A stretch of DNA of 28,817 bases from Candidatus Tremblayella phenacoccinincola (GTDB lineage Bacteria; Pseudomonadota; Gammaproteobacteria; Burkholderiales; Burkholderiaceae), in NCBI RefSeq assembly GCF_002682985.1, contig NZ_MKGN01000019.1:1-28817 (forward strand), in the 5' to 3' direction. Below, piece by piece: positions 18,140-28,783 of the stretch. The notes beneath the pieces are model-generated. The model had not been told where the DNA came from. It saw nothing but the letters and a program-made list of their open reading frames with translations, and did not search any database. The translations under genes were made by a program, and so were the position numbers. Position 1 is the stretch's first letter. Every line of letters begins with the position of its first letter.

Positions 18140-18514
18140 TTAAGGATTGCTCTTCTTTGTCCCATATTTAGAACGAGATCTTTTTCTGTCTTTAACACCC
18201 TTTGAGTCTAAGCTACCTCGGATTATATGATAACGAACTCCTGGTAAGTCTTTAACTCGGCCACCTCTAATTAAAACCATTGAATGTTCTTGGAGATTAT
18301 GGCCTTCTCCACCGATATAAGATATTACTTCAGAACCATTAACAAGCTTTACTTTTGCAACCTTTCTTAAAGCAGAGTTTGGCTTTTTGGGAGTTGTGGT
18401 GTATACTTTAGTACATACGCCTCTTTTCTGTGGGGAACCATGTAATGCTGGACTTTTGCTTTTCTTCTTATACGATCTTCTACCGTTCCTGACTAGCTGG
18501 TTTATCGTTGGCAT
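18140..18514 (-). CDS. rpsL: 30S ribosomal protein S12
   Basis: [41 protein letters not shown] and [17 protein letters not shown] match S12. Confidence 0.97.
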   Translation of the reverse strand: MPTINQLVRNGRRSYKKKSKSPALHGSPQKRGVCTKVYTTTPKKPNSALRKVAKVKLVNGSEVISYIGGEGHNLQEHSMVLIRGGRVKDLPGVRYHIIRGSLDSKGVKDRKRSRSKYGTKKSNP

Positions 18515-18527
18515 ATATGAACTCTCG

Positions 18528-21500
18528 TTAGTGGGTTTCCTTTATGTGTTTATGATAAATATATCCGGTCCCAGCTGGCACCATTCTACCTACTATAACG
18601 TTTTCCTTAAGACCTAATAGATAATCTTGTTCTCCAAAGCTGGCTGCTTTGGCTAATACTCTTGTGGTTTCTTGAAAAGATGCAGCTGATATAAAAGAAC
18701 ATGTAGATAAAGAAGACTTTGTTATCCCTTGAAGAACGTATTCATAGCTTATTATATTGTGTCCAATACTCAATAGAGCTTTGTTTCCTTGGTCTACTCT
18801 TGTTCTTTCAAGCTGTTCTCCAATATAGAATGAAGCACTCCCTTTGGAGATAACCCTAACGTACCTTAGCATTTGTTTTACAATGACCTCTATATGTTTG
18901 CTGTTTATGTTCACTCCTTGTGTTTGATATATAGTTTGTATTTCAGTTGTAATGGAAACCAGCAATACTTCAGAACCAAGCGTCTTTAAAACTACAAAAG
19001 GGTTTATTGTTCCATCAGTCAATGAGTCTCCTTTTTTAACGTACTGTCCATTTTGGACATCAATTCGGGTTTCAGAGCTCAATGATAATATCTCAGCTTT
19101 TGAGTTATTAGTGTTAATGCTAGTAATGATTGCTTTTAGGACAACGACTGAATCAGGTTTAACGGAAACAAAGCCTGGAACTGTGGTAAGTACTTTTGTG
19201 TCCTTTTGTATTCTAGTCTCAAAAGCATCAGTAATACGCATCAAGCCACCTGTTATGTCTCTATTCTTTTTAGCGTTAAATGGCACATAAGCTACAACCT
19301 GTCCAACAGCTACGTATTGAACGACATCCGATATAACAATGGTTCCTGGCATCAGTAATAACTTCCTTGAATAACCGTTTGGATTGAGCAGTTCAAGAGT
19401 AGGTCTTTTTGGTCCCTTTGCGTTCCTTATTATAAAGGTAGTCTTAGCTTTTCGAGTCTTAGTGGGTTGGAGTTGAACCGCTTCATTGTTCACAAAATGC
19501 CTAAGCTTAATCACCCCGTCGGTCTCTGCGATGAATGGTTTATTAAACTGATCCCACGTATATAGAACATCCTTTCGATCCACATGTTCGAGCTCTTTGA
19601 ATAAAACCACAGACCCATACGGTACATAGAAATTACGTTGTACTTCCTTGGTTCTGGTTAGTATTATCAGCTTACCTGCCTTAGATATAGACAGCCTTTC
19701 CTGAGTTCTATTCGACACTAGCCTAAGCGAACAATGTATATATATAACACCTTTGCTTTCAGCTTTAACGTTCGACCAAGTATCATATGAAGCCACTCCT
19801 CCAACATGGAAAGTCCGCATTGTCAGCTGCGTACCAGGTTCACCTATAGATTGAGCAGCAACAACTCCTACTGCTTCCCCAATGCTAATAGGAATACCTG
19901 TACTTACATCACACCCATAGCACATAGCACATAGACCACCCTGTGAACTGCATGTTAATGGAGTTCGAATGTGGAAGGTATCAATGTTGGGTTCCATTAA
20001 AGTTTCTAACGTAGCCTGTTCAATAAGAGTGCCAGCATCACATATTACTTCACCGGCTGTTGATATAATTCCAGAAGAACAGAACCTACCAAGAGACCAA
20101 CTTGATACATGCCCTAGCTCATGTTTGTTCTTTAAAGTGATCAGAGCATTTATGCCAGTGTTCGAGCCACAGTCCCATTCTGTAACTACAATCTTCTGAG
20201 CTACATCAACTAGCCTGCGTGTTAAATAGCCTGAGTTAGCTGTTTTAAGTGCTGTATCAGTAAGTCCTTTCCTGGCTCCGTGTGTAGATATGAAGTATTG
20301 TAATGTGGTTAGGCCTTCGCGGAAGTTTGCAGTAATCGGAGTCTCAAGGATTGTTCCGTCTGGTTTTACCATTAAGCCTCTCATTCCTGTTATCTGTTTT
20401 ATTTGATCTGTTGAACCTCTAGAACCTGAATTAACCATAGCGTATATTGGGTTTGGTTTGGTTGTTTTAGATAGTTCAAACAGCAGAGAGTTCTTTACAT
20501 AGTCTGAAGCTTTGGACCATATTTCCATTAGACCATTGTAACGCTCTAGCTGAGTTGTTAGTCTGTTATAGTATTGCAAGTTCTGGTCTTCAACCGCATC
20601 CCAAGCACTTAACGTTATTCCATCTTTCTCTTTTGGTGTAAGCATGTCTTCAATGCTAATTGAAATACCAGATATAGTTGCTATGTTAAATCCACATTGC
20701 ATAAGCTGTTCTATAAAACTAATGGTGGCCTGTTTAGAACTCCTGAGTATAGAAGCTTGAACAATGTCTGCTACTTCTTTCGCTTTTAATGTTCTGTTTA
20801 ACCTATCGAACAATATGTTTGCAGGGAGAAGCTTGGAGAGGATTGCCCTACCGACAGTTGTGGACCAAACTATATAGAAGGCTTCGAAGGATCCTCTGTG
20901 TTTTATGGTTTCTTTAATCCTAATTCTAATGTAGCAGCCTAGGTCCATAATATCTTTAGACTGAACATATATAGCTTCGTTGGCATCGGAAAGAGGAGGT
21001 CCTTTTCTATGTGTGTTCTTAAGTAGCATTGAACATGTGTATAGCCCTAAAACCATATCTTGAGCAGGTATCATTATAGGACGTCCGTTTGATACTGATG
21101 TAAGGTTGTTGTTTGGAGTGATGAGGTGTTTAGATTCCAGTTGAGATTCCAGTGATAACGGCACATGCACTGCCATTTGATCTCCATCGAAGTCTGCATT
21201 AAAAGCAGAACATACGAGTGGGTTAAGTTGGATTGCATGGCCTTCTACTAATACTGGTTCGAGTGCTTGAATGCTAAGTCGATGAAGAGTTGGTGCTCGG
21301 TTCAGGAGAACGTAACGGCCTCGAACTGCTTCATCTAATGCTTTCCAAGCTGCTAAAGACCTGTTGTCAATCTCCTTCCTTGCAGCTTTGACATTTGCTG
21401 TTAGACCGAGCTTTCCCAACTTCCCGAATATAAATGGTTTGAACAGCTCTACAGCCATTGCTTTTGGTATTCCACATTGGTGCATCTTAAGGTTAGGTTC

Positions 21501-22583
21501 TACTGTTATTACTGAACGGCCAGAATAGTCAACTCGCTTACCTAATAGATTCTGACGAAACCGACCAGCTTTTCCTCTCAGTAGTTCAGACAAAGACTTT
21601 AAAGGCTTCTTGTTCGATCCAAGTGTCGGGTTGGGTTTCCTGTTGTTATCAATTAAAGCATCAACCGAATCCTGAAGCATGCGCTTTTCATTCTTTAACA
21701 TTATATCAGGAGCTTTTAACTCTATTAGCTTCCGCAGTCGGTTGTTTCTGTTTATTACCTTTTTGTATAGCTCATTCAGGTCAGAAGTTACAAGCTTGTC
21801 TTCTGCTAATGGTATAATTGGTCTGAGGTCAGGAGGTAGTATTGGGAGGGCATTAAGTACCATCCATTCAGGATTAACACTTAGCTTTTTAAATGCCGCT
21901 AAGACTCTCAAACGACTCAACATAGGTTTCGTTTTAAACAGCTGGACTTCACTTGCAAGGGATTCTCTAATGCTACTCATTTCTGATTCTATATCTATTA
22001 AGCGTAGTAGCTTCTTAACACCTTCAGGACCAGTCTCAGCTTTAAAACATCCACTATGAAGCTTTGTTCTGTATTGATATTCTTCTTCTGAAATGACTGA
22101 ACCTAGTCTCAAAGAGCTACTGCCAGGTTCAGTGACAATGTAAGCGTTCAAATAGATTACCTTCTCAGCTTCATTTGAAGTCACATTAAGTATAGAGCTT
22201 AGGTTAGTTGGAGATGCTTTTAGGAACCACAAATGTATAACAGGAACTACAAGCTCTATATGGCCTAACCTTTCTCTTCGTGCTTTTGATAGGGTTACTT
22301 CAACACCACATTTCTCACATACTATTCCTCTGTATTTAAAATAACGATATCTACCACACAAGCATTCGTAGTTTTTAATGGGTCCAAAGATCTTACAACA
22401 AAACAGACCATCTTTTTCAGGACTCAGGGTACGATAGTTGATGGTGTCAGACGTTTTAACTTCTCCATATGACCATGCTCTTATATTGCTAGGAGACGCT
22501 AGACTGATTCTAACGGACCCAACCGCTTTATCATTCTCGACTTGATATAGAGACTTTAAAAGGAATTGTTCGATACTGTTCAT
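18528..22583 (-). CDS. rpoC: DNA-directed RNA polymerase beta-prime subunit
   Basis: 1351 aa. N-terminal zinc motif [20 protein letters not shown] and catalytic [12 protein letters not shown] are present, and the protein is colinear with E. coli beta-prime. The ATG follows the rpoB TAA directly, with GGAGG 4 nt upstream. Confidence 0.98.
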   Translation of the reverse strand: MNSIEQFLLKSLYQVENDKAVGSVRISLASPSNIRAWSYGEVKTSDTINYRTLSPEKDGLFCCKIFGPIKNYECLCGRYRYFKYRGIVCEKCGVEVTLSKARRERLGHIELVVPVIHLWFLKASPTNLSSILNVTSNEAEKVIYLNAYIVTEPGSSSLRLGSVISEEEYQYRTKLHSGCFKAETGPEGVKKLLRLIDIESEMSSIRESLASEVQLFKTKPMLSRLRVLAAFKKLSVNPEWMVLNALPILPPDLRPIIPLAEDKLVTSDLNELYKKVINRNNRLRKLIELKAPDIMLKNEKRMLQDSVDALIDNNRKPNPTLGSNKKPLKSLSELLRGKAGRFRQNLLGKRVDYSGRSVITVEPNLKMHQCGIPKAMAVELFKPFIFGKLGKLGLTANVKAARKEIDNRSLAAWKALDEAVRGRYVLLNRAPTLHRLSIQALEPVLVEGHAIQLNPLVCSAFNADFDGDQMAVHVPLSLESQLESKHLITPNNNLTSVSNGRPIMIPAQDMVLGLYTCSMLLKNTHRKGPPLSDANEAIYVQSKDIMDLGCYIRIRIKETIKHRGSFEAFYIVWSTTVGRAILSKLLPANILFDRLNRTLKAKEVADIVQASILRSSKQATISFIEQLMQCGFNIATISGISISIEDMLTPKEKDGITLSAWDAVEDQNLQYYNRLTTQLERYNGLMEIWSKASDYVKNSLLFELSKTTKPNPIYAMVNSGSRGSTDQIKQITGMRGLMVKPDGTILETPITANFREGLTTLQYFISTHGARKGLTDTALKTANSGYLTRRLVDVAQKIVVTEWDCGSNTGINALITLKNKHELGHVSSWSLGRFCSSGIISTAGEVICDAGTLIEQATLETLMEPNIDTFHIRTPLTCSSQGGLCAMCYGCDVSTGIPISIGEAVGVVAAQSIGEPGTQLTMRTFHVGGVASYDTWSNVKAESKGVIYIHCSLRLVSNRTQERLSISKAGKLIILTRTKEVQRNFYVPYGSVVLFKELEHVDRKDVLYTWDQFNKPFIAETDGVIKLRHFVNNEAVQLQPTKTRKAKTTFIIRNAKGPKRPTLELLNPNGYSRKLLLMPGTIVISDVVQYVAVGQVVAYVPFNAKKNRDITGGLMRITDAFETRIQKDTKVLTTVPGFVSVKPDSVVVLKAIITSINTNNSKAEILSLSSETRIDVQNGQYVKKGDSLTDGTINPFVVLKTLGSEVLLVSITTEIQTIYQTQGVNINSKHIEVIVKQMLRYVRVISKGSASFYIGEQLERTRVDQGNKALLSIGHNIISYEYVLQGITKSSLSTCSFISAASFQETTRVLAKAASFGEQDYLLGLKENVIVGRMVPAGTGYIYHKHIKETH

Positions 22584-25500
22584 TTAACCTCCGACTTCCA
22601 ACAGAACACCAAGTGATCTAACTTCCCTTAGCAAAACGTTAAAAGACTCAGGAACACTAGTTCTTAAAATGAAGTTGTCCTTAATGATGTTCTCATACAT
22701 TTTAAGCCTACCCCATATGTCATCAGATTTAATGGTTAACATTTCATGTAAGGTATAAGCCGCTCCATAGGCTTCCAGTGCCCAAACTTCCATTTCTCCA
22801 AACCTTTGACCTCCAAACTGAGCCTTTCCACCTAATGGCTGTTGAGTTATTATAGAGTATGTTCCAGTAGACCTAGCGTGCATTTTGTCTTCGACTAGGT
22901 GATGAAGCTTAAAGTAATACATGGTTCCAACGGTTGCTGGATATTTGAACCGCTTCCCAGTTACTCCATCAGTTAGGAACAGTTGGTTCTTAGTTTGTGT
23001 GGTGTCTAACATGTAGGCTGTTTTCAATGGAAATGCGGCTTCTGAAGTACGCTGTATGTCTTCTTCGTTGGTTCCGTTAAATATTGGAGAGGCAAATGAC
23101 ACACCATTTATCAAAAGCTTTGCAAGTCTCAAAATGCCACTACCTACTAATCTACTAATATTCTTACGTTCTTTAGCTGAGTTAAAGATATGATATAGAA
23201 CATCTCTAAGAGCAGAAAGTATTTTAATAGAGCTTTTATTCAATATTAATTTGATACGTGTTCCTGTGGATTTAGCTGCTAAACCTAGGTGAGTTTCAAA
23301 CACTTGTCCAACGTTCATTCTAGAAGGAACTCCTAGTGGGTTGAGGATTATATCAACAGTACGTCCATCTTTTGTGTATGGCATATCTCTTACTGGAACA
23401 ACTTTAGAAACCACACCTTTATTTCCATGTCTCCCTGCCATTTTGTCTCCAGGTTGGAGTGTACGCTTCGTTGCAATTAATACCTTTACAACTTTTAGAA
23501 TCCCAGGGGAAAGATCATAAACACCTGTCGCCTTCTCAACCTTTCTTCTCAATACCAAATACAACTCCGTTCTAGCATGTTCCATGATTGAGCGCTTTTC
23601 TTTGAATGTTATGTGGCACAAACTGCTGTTGGGTTCCATTGTTAACCATATGTACGGGTCTATAGACTGGAGTATACCTACCTTTATACTGCAGCTGCAT
23701 CTAATGAGAAGCCTCCCAACATATGAAAAGCTGTCTTGTTCAATGGCATGTATTTTGTCTCTCAGCTTTCCATTGAACATACTATGTTGTTTGCTGTTGT
23801 GGTTAACCGCAGTAGTTGCTTTGAAGACTTGAGTATATATAACAGTACCTTGGACACTTGGGGGAACTCGAAGAGATACGTCTCTAACCTCAGATGATCT
23901 CTCACTAAAAATGGCATTCATAAGCTTTTCTTCAGCTGTTAGAGTTACTGTTTCTTTAGGAACCACTTTTCCAACCAGAATATCTCCAGCATCAACTTGA
24001 GAACCAGCTCGTATTATGCCTTCATTGTCCAACTTGTTTAACAGTGTGTCTGAATTCCCAGGTACTGTATTTGTGGTGGCTTCTTTACCAAGCTTTGTGG
24101 CACTTACGGTTAATGCGAACTCTTCAAGATGTACCGAAGTGAAAATATCTTTACCAACCAAGTATTCTGACACTATGACTGAATCTTCGAAGTTATAGCC
24201 TTTCCAAACCATAAAAGCTACTAGGACATTTTTACCTAAGGCCAGCTCACCTTTATGGGTAGAGACACCATCTGCAATAACTTCACCTTTAGAAACATTG
24301 AAGCCATAGTAAACAGTAGGTCTAAAACTAATGTAGGTGTTCTGATTTGTTCTCTCAGCTTTGACCAGCGTATGTATCTCAATGTGGCTACATTCAGTGG
24401 TTATGGTTGGTAAAGACCTGATAATAAGCCTAGAAGAATCCGCAAAGACTATCATACCAGCTTCTTTAGCAACAACACAGGCTTTTGTGTCAATGGCTAC
24501 AGACATCTCCGTTCCAGTACCAATCAATGGACTTCTGGGGATAATACAAGGAACTGCTTGTCGTTGCATATTAGAACCCATTAACGCCCTGTTTGCGTCG
24601 TCGTGCTCTAAAAAAGGAATCAATGAAGTGGCAACTGATACGGTTTGTTGTGAGCTAGCATCTATATACTGAACGTCAGCAAGCTTAGCTAGAGTTATGC
24701 CCTGTGCTCTTCTGGCTAATACTTTGCTATGGTTTCTTTGATCCAAGGAAGTTATTGTGAAACCTTCTTCTTCAGAGGCTGTGAGGAACTGAACACTTTT
24801 GTTTATCCTTTCAGGAGTTACTTTTCGATACGGAGTTTGTAGAAGCCCATGTTCGTTCACTTTGGCATGGACAGCTAGAGAACTTATTAAGCCTATGTTC
24901 TGGCCCTCTGGAGTTTCAACCGGACAAACCTTACCATAATAGGTTGGATGTACGTCTCTAACCTCAAACCCTGCATGTTCTTTAGTTATTCCGCTTATGC
25001 CTATAGATGTCAGTCGTCTTTTATGGGTGAGCTCGGACAAAGGGTTAGTTTGGTCCAAAAGCTGGGACAAGTGAGACGAAACAAAGAACTCATTGAAAGC
25101 TTTGCATATTGGTCTGTAGTTAATGTTTGCAAAGGAAAGGTTACTATTGTTCTTGCAGTTATCTATAATGTTTTTGATTGCTTGTTCAACCGCTAAGAAA
25201 CTATTCCTGAACAAACTCTCTAATATCTCACCTACACATCGTATTCTCCTATTGCCCAAATGGTCTACATCATCGCCTTCAATAGAGTTATTCTTAACGA
25301 GCATTAGGTATTTAAATGCTTGAATAAGGTCTTTGACTGATAGGAGGCCTGAACTAGATGCTTTTGTTTGGGGGAAGGAAAAAGCACGTAGATTAAAAGC
25401 TAAACGTCCGATATTTGAAATATTGTACGTGCGTTCATCTGTTAGTATTTTATTGAAAGCTTCCTTCACTAAGTCTGGATATATGGGTTCTCCTGGTTTC

Positions 25501-26600
25501 ATTGATCTGTATATATGTACTTGTGCATCATAGATATCTATTGATTTATCTGCTTTAAGAGTCTCTTTTAAATATTTAAAGTAAGCTTTGGATCTGAATG
25601 GACAACGTATTATTAAGTTAACAATACCAAACTTTCTGATCTTATTCAAAAGCAATCCGTTAATCTTTCTGGGTCTTTTAGGTTTTAATATCAGAATATA
25701 CTCTAAGCTGGAGAATACTGAGTCATTGATTAACGTTTCCTTAATGTTCCTACTGACCAGTCTTTTTAGTTGGTTGTTACAAATCATGGTGTGGTTTTTA
25801 ATAATGATCTTGCTGTTTTCATAGATACTAAAAGGTATTGGTTCTCCTTTCAGTTCAATTAAAGGTAATCCGATTACAACTCCCAAACGATCCAACTTAA
25901 CTAAACGCTCAACAAAGCCTGGAATGATTTTAGATTGAAGAACACCGAAGCTTTTAAGTAACGTTGTTGCTGGAAGCTTTTTGCTTTTATCAAAGCTTAA
26001 ATACAGGATGTTACTTCGAGTTAATTCTAACTGAACCCAAACTCCATAGAGCGGAATAACTTTTACTGCTACGTTAGGATCTTGTTCTTGGAATAAACCT
26101 TGCTTCTTTCGTTCAATATATATGCCAGGTGTCCTATGCAGCTGTGAAACTACGACTCTGTCCACTCCGTTAATCAAGAACGTGCTGCTTTGTGTCATTA
26201 GTGGAATATCTCCAATAGCTAACGGATATACATTCCAACCCTTACTCTCTTTCTCCCATTGTGTTCCATTACAGTTCCTGAAAGATACTTTAACTAGAAT
26301 GTTTAAGGACGAAGAATATGTAAGCGAACGGCTTCTACATTCTGCAACACTTAAAACAGGTTCAGAAGCTGAATACCTGATGAAGTCTACATTGATAAGT
26401 CCGTTGTTAGAATTAACTGGAAAGGCTCTACAAAATATCCGTTGTAGACCAAGTTGTTGTCTGTTTGTAACTGGGGTTTTGTGTTGTAAGAACTTATGGA
26501 AGGACTCCTTTTGGATTTGAAGTAGGTTAGGAATATTATGCATGTAGCTACATTTGGTAAAGCTCTTTCTTTGGAACGCTAAGAAATCAATATTCATCAT
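22584..26600 (-). CDS. rpoB: DNA-directed RNA polymerase beta subunit
   Basis: 1338 aa. FFVSSHLSQLLDQTNPLSELTHKRR sits at residues 505-529, the same numbering as the E. coli rifampicin cluster. GDKMAGRHGNKGVVSK and QPLGGKAQFGGQRFGEMEVWALEAYGAAY are present. The ATG overlaps the rplL TGA (ATGA). Confidence 0.98.
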   Translation of the reverse strand: MMNIDFLAFQRKSFTKCSYMHNIPNLLQIQKESFHKFLQHKTPVTNRQQLGLQRIFCRAFPVNSNNGLINVDFIRYSASEPVLSVAECRSRSLTYSSSLNILVKVSFRNCNGTQWEKESKGWNVYPLAIGDIPLMTQSSTFLINGVDRVVVSQLHRTPGIYIERKKQGLFQEQDPNVAVKVIPLYGVWVQLELTRSNILYLSFDKSKKLPATTLLKSFGVLQSKIIPGFVERLVKLDRLGVVIGLPLIELKGEPIPFSIYENSKIIIKNHTMICNNQLKRLVSRNIKETLINDSVFSSLEYILILKPKRPRKINGLLLNKIRKFGIVNLIIRCPFRSKAYFKYLKETLKADKSIDIYDAQVHIYRSMKPGEPIYPDLVKEAFNKILTDERTYNISNIGRLAFNLRAFSFPQTKASSSGLLSVKDLIQAFKYLMLVKNNSIEGDDVDHLGNRRIRCVGEILESLFRNSFLAVEQAIKNIIDNCKNNSNLSFANINYRPICKAFNEFFVSSHLSQLLDQTNPLSELTHKRRLTSIGISGITKEHAGFEVRDVHPTYYGKVCPVETPEGQNIGLISSLAVHAKVNEHGLLQTPYRKVTPERINKSVQFLTASEEEGFTITSLDQRNHSKVLARRAQGITLAKLADVQYIDASSQQTVSVATSLIPFLEHDDANRALMGSNMQRQAVPCIIPRSPLIGTGTEMSVAIDTKACVVAKEAGMIVFADSSRLIIRSLPTITTECSHIEIHTLVKAERTNQNTYISFRPTVYYGFNVSKGEVIADGVSTHKGELALGKNVLVAFMVWKGYNFEDSVIVSEYLVGKDIFTSVHLEEFALTVSATKLGKEATTNTVPGNSDTLLNKLDNEGIIRAGSQVDAGDILVGKVVPKETVTLTAEEKLMNAIFSERSSEVRDVSLRVPPSVQGTVIYTQVFKATTAVNHNSKQHSMFNGKLRDKIHAIEQDSFSYVGRLLIRCSCSIKVGILQSIDPYIWLTMEPNSSLCHITFKEKRSIMEHARTELYLVLRRKVEKATGVYDLSPGILKVVKVLIATKRTLQPGDKMAGRHGNKGVVSKVVPVRDMPYTKDGRTVDIILNPLGVPSRMNVGQVFETHLGLAAKSTGTRIKLILNKSSIKILSALRDVLYHIFNSAKERKNISRLVGSGILRLAKLLINGVSFASPIFNGTNEEDIQRTSEAAFPLKTAYMLDTTQTKNQLFLTDGVTGKRFKYPATVGTMYYFKLHHLVEDKMHARSTGTYSIITQQPLGGKAQFGGQRFGEMEVWALEAYGAAYTLHEMLTIKSDDIWGRLKMYENIIKDNFILRTSVPESFNVLLREVRSLGVLLEVGG

Positions 26601-26974
26601 TCTACGTTTGCTTTAGCACCAACGGTTTCTATCTTGGCTTTAACTTCTTCAGCTTGCATCTTGTTCAGGTTTTTCTTTATCAGCTTTGGAACATTTTCTA
26701 CAATGTCCTTTGATTCTTTGAGTCCTAAACCAGACACCTCTCTGATAATCTTAATAACAGCTATTTTGTTGTTACCAACATCAGTTAGAACTACTTTAAA
26801 CTCTTTGCTATCAAGATTGTCGTTAGCCTTTTGTCCTTTGGTATTTACATTAGCTTTCAAATTGGTTAGACTACTTGAGATATTAAACCTTTTTGCGAGT
26901 GCTTCTATCAACTCATTTAACTCTGTTACGGACATTGACTCAATCTGTTTCAATAACTCGTCTTTAGTCTGCAC
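26597..26974 (-). CDS. rplL: 50S ribosomal protein L7/L12
   Basis: 125 aa. MSVTELNELIEALAKRF, KIAVIKIIREVSGLGLKESKDIVE match L7/L12. GTG start at 26972-26974 with AGGAGG 4 nt upstream. Confidence 0.93.
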   Translation of the reverse strand: MQTKDELLKQIESMSVTELNELIEALAKRFNISSSLTNLKANVNTKGQKANDNLDSKEFKVVLTDVGNNKIAVIKIIREVSGLGLKESKDIVENVPKLIKKNLNKMQAEEVKAKIETVGAKANVE

Positions 26975-26982
26975 AAGCCCTC

Positions 26983-27468
26983 CTATATTGTTTTGTTGGT
27001 TATTGTTCTTAAAATGGTTAGAAACTTAACCACGATATACCTTAGAACTAAATATAGTTTAGCTGTTAACTCGCTTTTGGTTGGAAGGTTTACTATTCTG
27101 ATGATATCTTCTTTTTCTATCAGTTGTTGGTTGTTTTGTATTGCAAACTTAATATTGTTCGTATGGACATAGCCTGAGTCTTTGAGAAGTTGGGCAATAG
27201 CTTTTAGGTCTTTACCATAAACATGCATTAATTGGCCGGTAACATTAACTCTCATTTCTTTAGCAAGGTTCAGGGATTTCAACGTTGCTTTCAATAAGCT
27301 GTTAGGAAATACTTTTATACATATGTTCTGAGAAGCAGCTTCAAGTCTAAGTTGTGTTAGCAGTTGAGAGTTTATATTGCTGAAGTCACAATAAACAGCC
27401 AGCGTATGAAGTCTCATTAGTTTTAATATTGCAGCTGCACCAACTTTGTTCTTTTTAGAGACCTTCAT
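26983..27468 (-). CDS. rplJ: 50S ribosomal protein L10 (divergent)
   Basis: 161-aa ORF in the rplA-rplL slot. Its length and pattern (LRLEAASQNICIKVFPNSLLKATL, like the E. coli LR...REAGVYMRVVRNTLLRRAV region) fit L10. Sequence similarity is modest. Confidence 0.8.
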   Translation of the reverse strand: MKVSKKNKVGAAAILKLMRLHTLAVYCDFSNINSQLLTQLRLEAASQNICIKVFPNSLLKATLKSLNLAKEMRVNVTGQLMHVYGKDLKAIAQLLKDSGYVHTNNIKFAIQNNQQLIEKEDIIRIVNLPTKSELTAKLYLVLRYIVVKFLTILRTITNKTI

Positions 27469-27487
27469 TTAGGAGAAGTTCCAGCTG

Positions 27488-28150
27488 TCAAAGATGCTTT
27501 AACGAACATAAACATAAACATATACGCATACCTTCATTCATTGTACTTGAGAGTACTACTTTCTTTAGATAGCTGTTTGTGGATACATTAGTTGGTTTGA
27601 GCTTTAAAACTTCTCTGACTATGCGGGTTATGTTTTCACTAAGAATAAAGAAAGGAAAGCTTAGTTTACCTATTGATACATTTATAGAACCGGTCTTACT
27701 AGCGTGAAAGCTTGCTTTTCTGTTTATCAACCCTAAGGAGCTTTTGATGGAATCTTTTGCAACTATAATCTTTGTTGGTTCTAGACCTGAGTAGTTTAAT
27801 GTGGTCTTTAAGCTGTTAGGAATCAAAAGCACTTGCAGCTTGCGGGTTATTATATCTCTAGGTTGAAAGTATCTGTTCTCAACAACATATATTCCTGCTT
27901 TCCTGGCAACATTGATATTAAGGACTGCGTGTTTATGACGTTGGGTTAAGCTTGGTTCGGGTTGAATATGGACTACTGCTAGTTGGGATGGTTGATATGA
28001 ACCAAGCAGCTTTGAAGTATATACCATATTGTGGTTAGCTTTAAAAGAGTCATGTAACACAATTGAAATAGAAACTGTCTCTTCAAACCTCGAACTGGTC
28101 TTTTTCTTTATATGGTTAACTGCTTCTATTATAGGCCAATCTTTATTCAT
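27488..28150 (-). CDS. rplA: 50S ribosomal protein L1 (divergent)
   Basis: 220-aa ORF in the rplK-rplJ slot. FEETVSISIVL (E. coli FVESVDVAVNL), SINVSIGKLSF (IIHTTIGKVDF) and YLKKVVLSSTMNEG (YIKKVSISTTMGAG). The ATG overlaps rplK by 8 nt. Confidence 0.82.
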   Translation of the reverse strand: MNKDWPIIEAVNHIKKKTSSRFEETVSISIVLHDSFKANHNMVYTSKLLGSYQPSQLAVVHIQPEPSLTQRHKHAVLNINVARKAGIYVVENRYFQPRDIITRKLQVLLIPNSLKTTLNYSGLEPTKIIVAKDSIKSSLGLINRKASFHASKTGSINVSIGKLSFPFFILSENITRIVREVLKLKPTNVSTNSYLKKVVLSSTMNEGMRICLCLCSLKHL

Positions 28151-28574
28151 AGTGTGTACCGGTTTTCACTTTGATTCCCATAGTCTTTATGGTTCCTTTG
28201 ATTGTTTTGATAGCTTTGTCTAGAACTACCGTATTTAAGTCTCTGAGCTTTATCTCAGCAATGGCTTTTACGTCTGTATAGTCTATATATTTTGTATTGG
28301 GTTGAATGGAATCATCTCTAGACAGCTTCTTAATTAAAACAGAGGTCATTGTAGTTCTTGTTCTGATATTGAAGCTTTTGTCTTTCTGGATGCTTACAAT
28401 TGTAGGTATCAATGTTCCTGTTTCTATGTGGTTCGTTAACATATTGAAAGAGCTACAAAACTCCATAATATTTACTCCCTTTTGACCCAATGCTGGTCCA
28501 ACTGGGGGACTTGGGTTCGCTTTACCTGCTGGTATGACCAATCTCAAAGTGCATGCTGGCTTCTTTGTATCCAT
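28143..28574 (-). CDS. rplK: 50S ribosomal protein L11
   Basis: 143 aa. [30 protein letters not shown] is the L11 signature (E. coli [30 protein letters not shown]). Confidence 0.95.
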   Translation of the reverse strand: [143 protein letters not shown]

Positions 28575-28609
28575 GGAAGTACTAGGAGCTAGAACATAGG
28601 GTTGATAGT

Positions 28610-28783
28610 CTAGGAGAACAGCCTTAAAGTATGTATGATGAGGCTATCGTATATGTATGAGGCTAACGAAGCTAACGAAACAATGAACAGACTGACAGCA
28701 GAACATACTACTGCTTTCCACCCCAACCTTCTCCGGGATACCTTTCCTACTGAGAGTTCCCACACATACTCCCTCACAAACAT
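28610..28783 (-). CDS. secE: Putative preprotein translocase subunit SecE (minimal single-TM form)
   Basis: Hand-translated 57-codon ORF, below the track cutoff: MFVREYVWELSVGKVSRRRLGWKAVVCSAVSLFIVSLASLASYIYDSLIIHTLRLFS. It is comparable to the essential C-terminal third of E. coli SecE ([57 protein letters not shown]). Shared features are the F.RE...E(L/V) amphipathic start, KV, a basic patch, one TM, an Asp just after the TM and a ..LR.F end. It sits immediately upstream of rplK, as in secE-nusG-rplK. The frame stays open to the window edge, so the true start could lie beyond 28817. Confidence 0.6.
   Translation of the reverse strand: MFVREYVWELSVGKVSRRRLGWKAVVCSAVSLFIVSLASLASYIYDSLIIHTLRLFS

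Noticed and set aside
24987-25088. Substitutions in the rpoB rifampicin-resistance region relative to E. coli (G507V, Q510H, F514L, M515L, S531T and others).
   Set aside because: None is a classic high-level resistance change that I can name (H526 and D516 are conserved, and position 531 is Thr, not Leu or Phe). The pattern fits general divergence, and no resistance claim is justified.
1511-28223. All plus-strand ORFs in the track, for example 12736-13212 (158 aa), 14074-14526 (150 aa), 10564-10992 (142 aa), 26122-26520, 26634-27029, 21679-22059 and 5360-5728.
   Set aside because: Each one lies entirely antisense to a well-supported conserved minus-strand gene. Their translations are low-complexity (Leu, Ser, Phe and Thr rich) and show no recognisable motifs. 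They are shadow ORFs.
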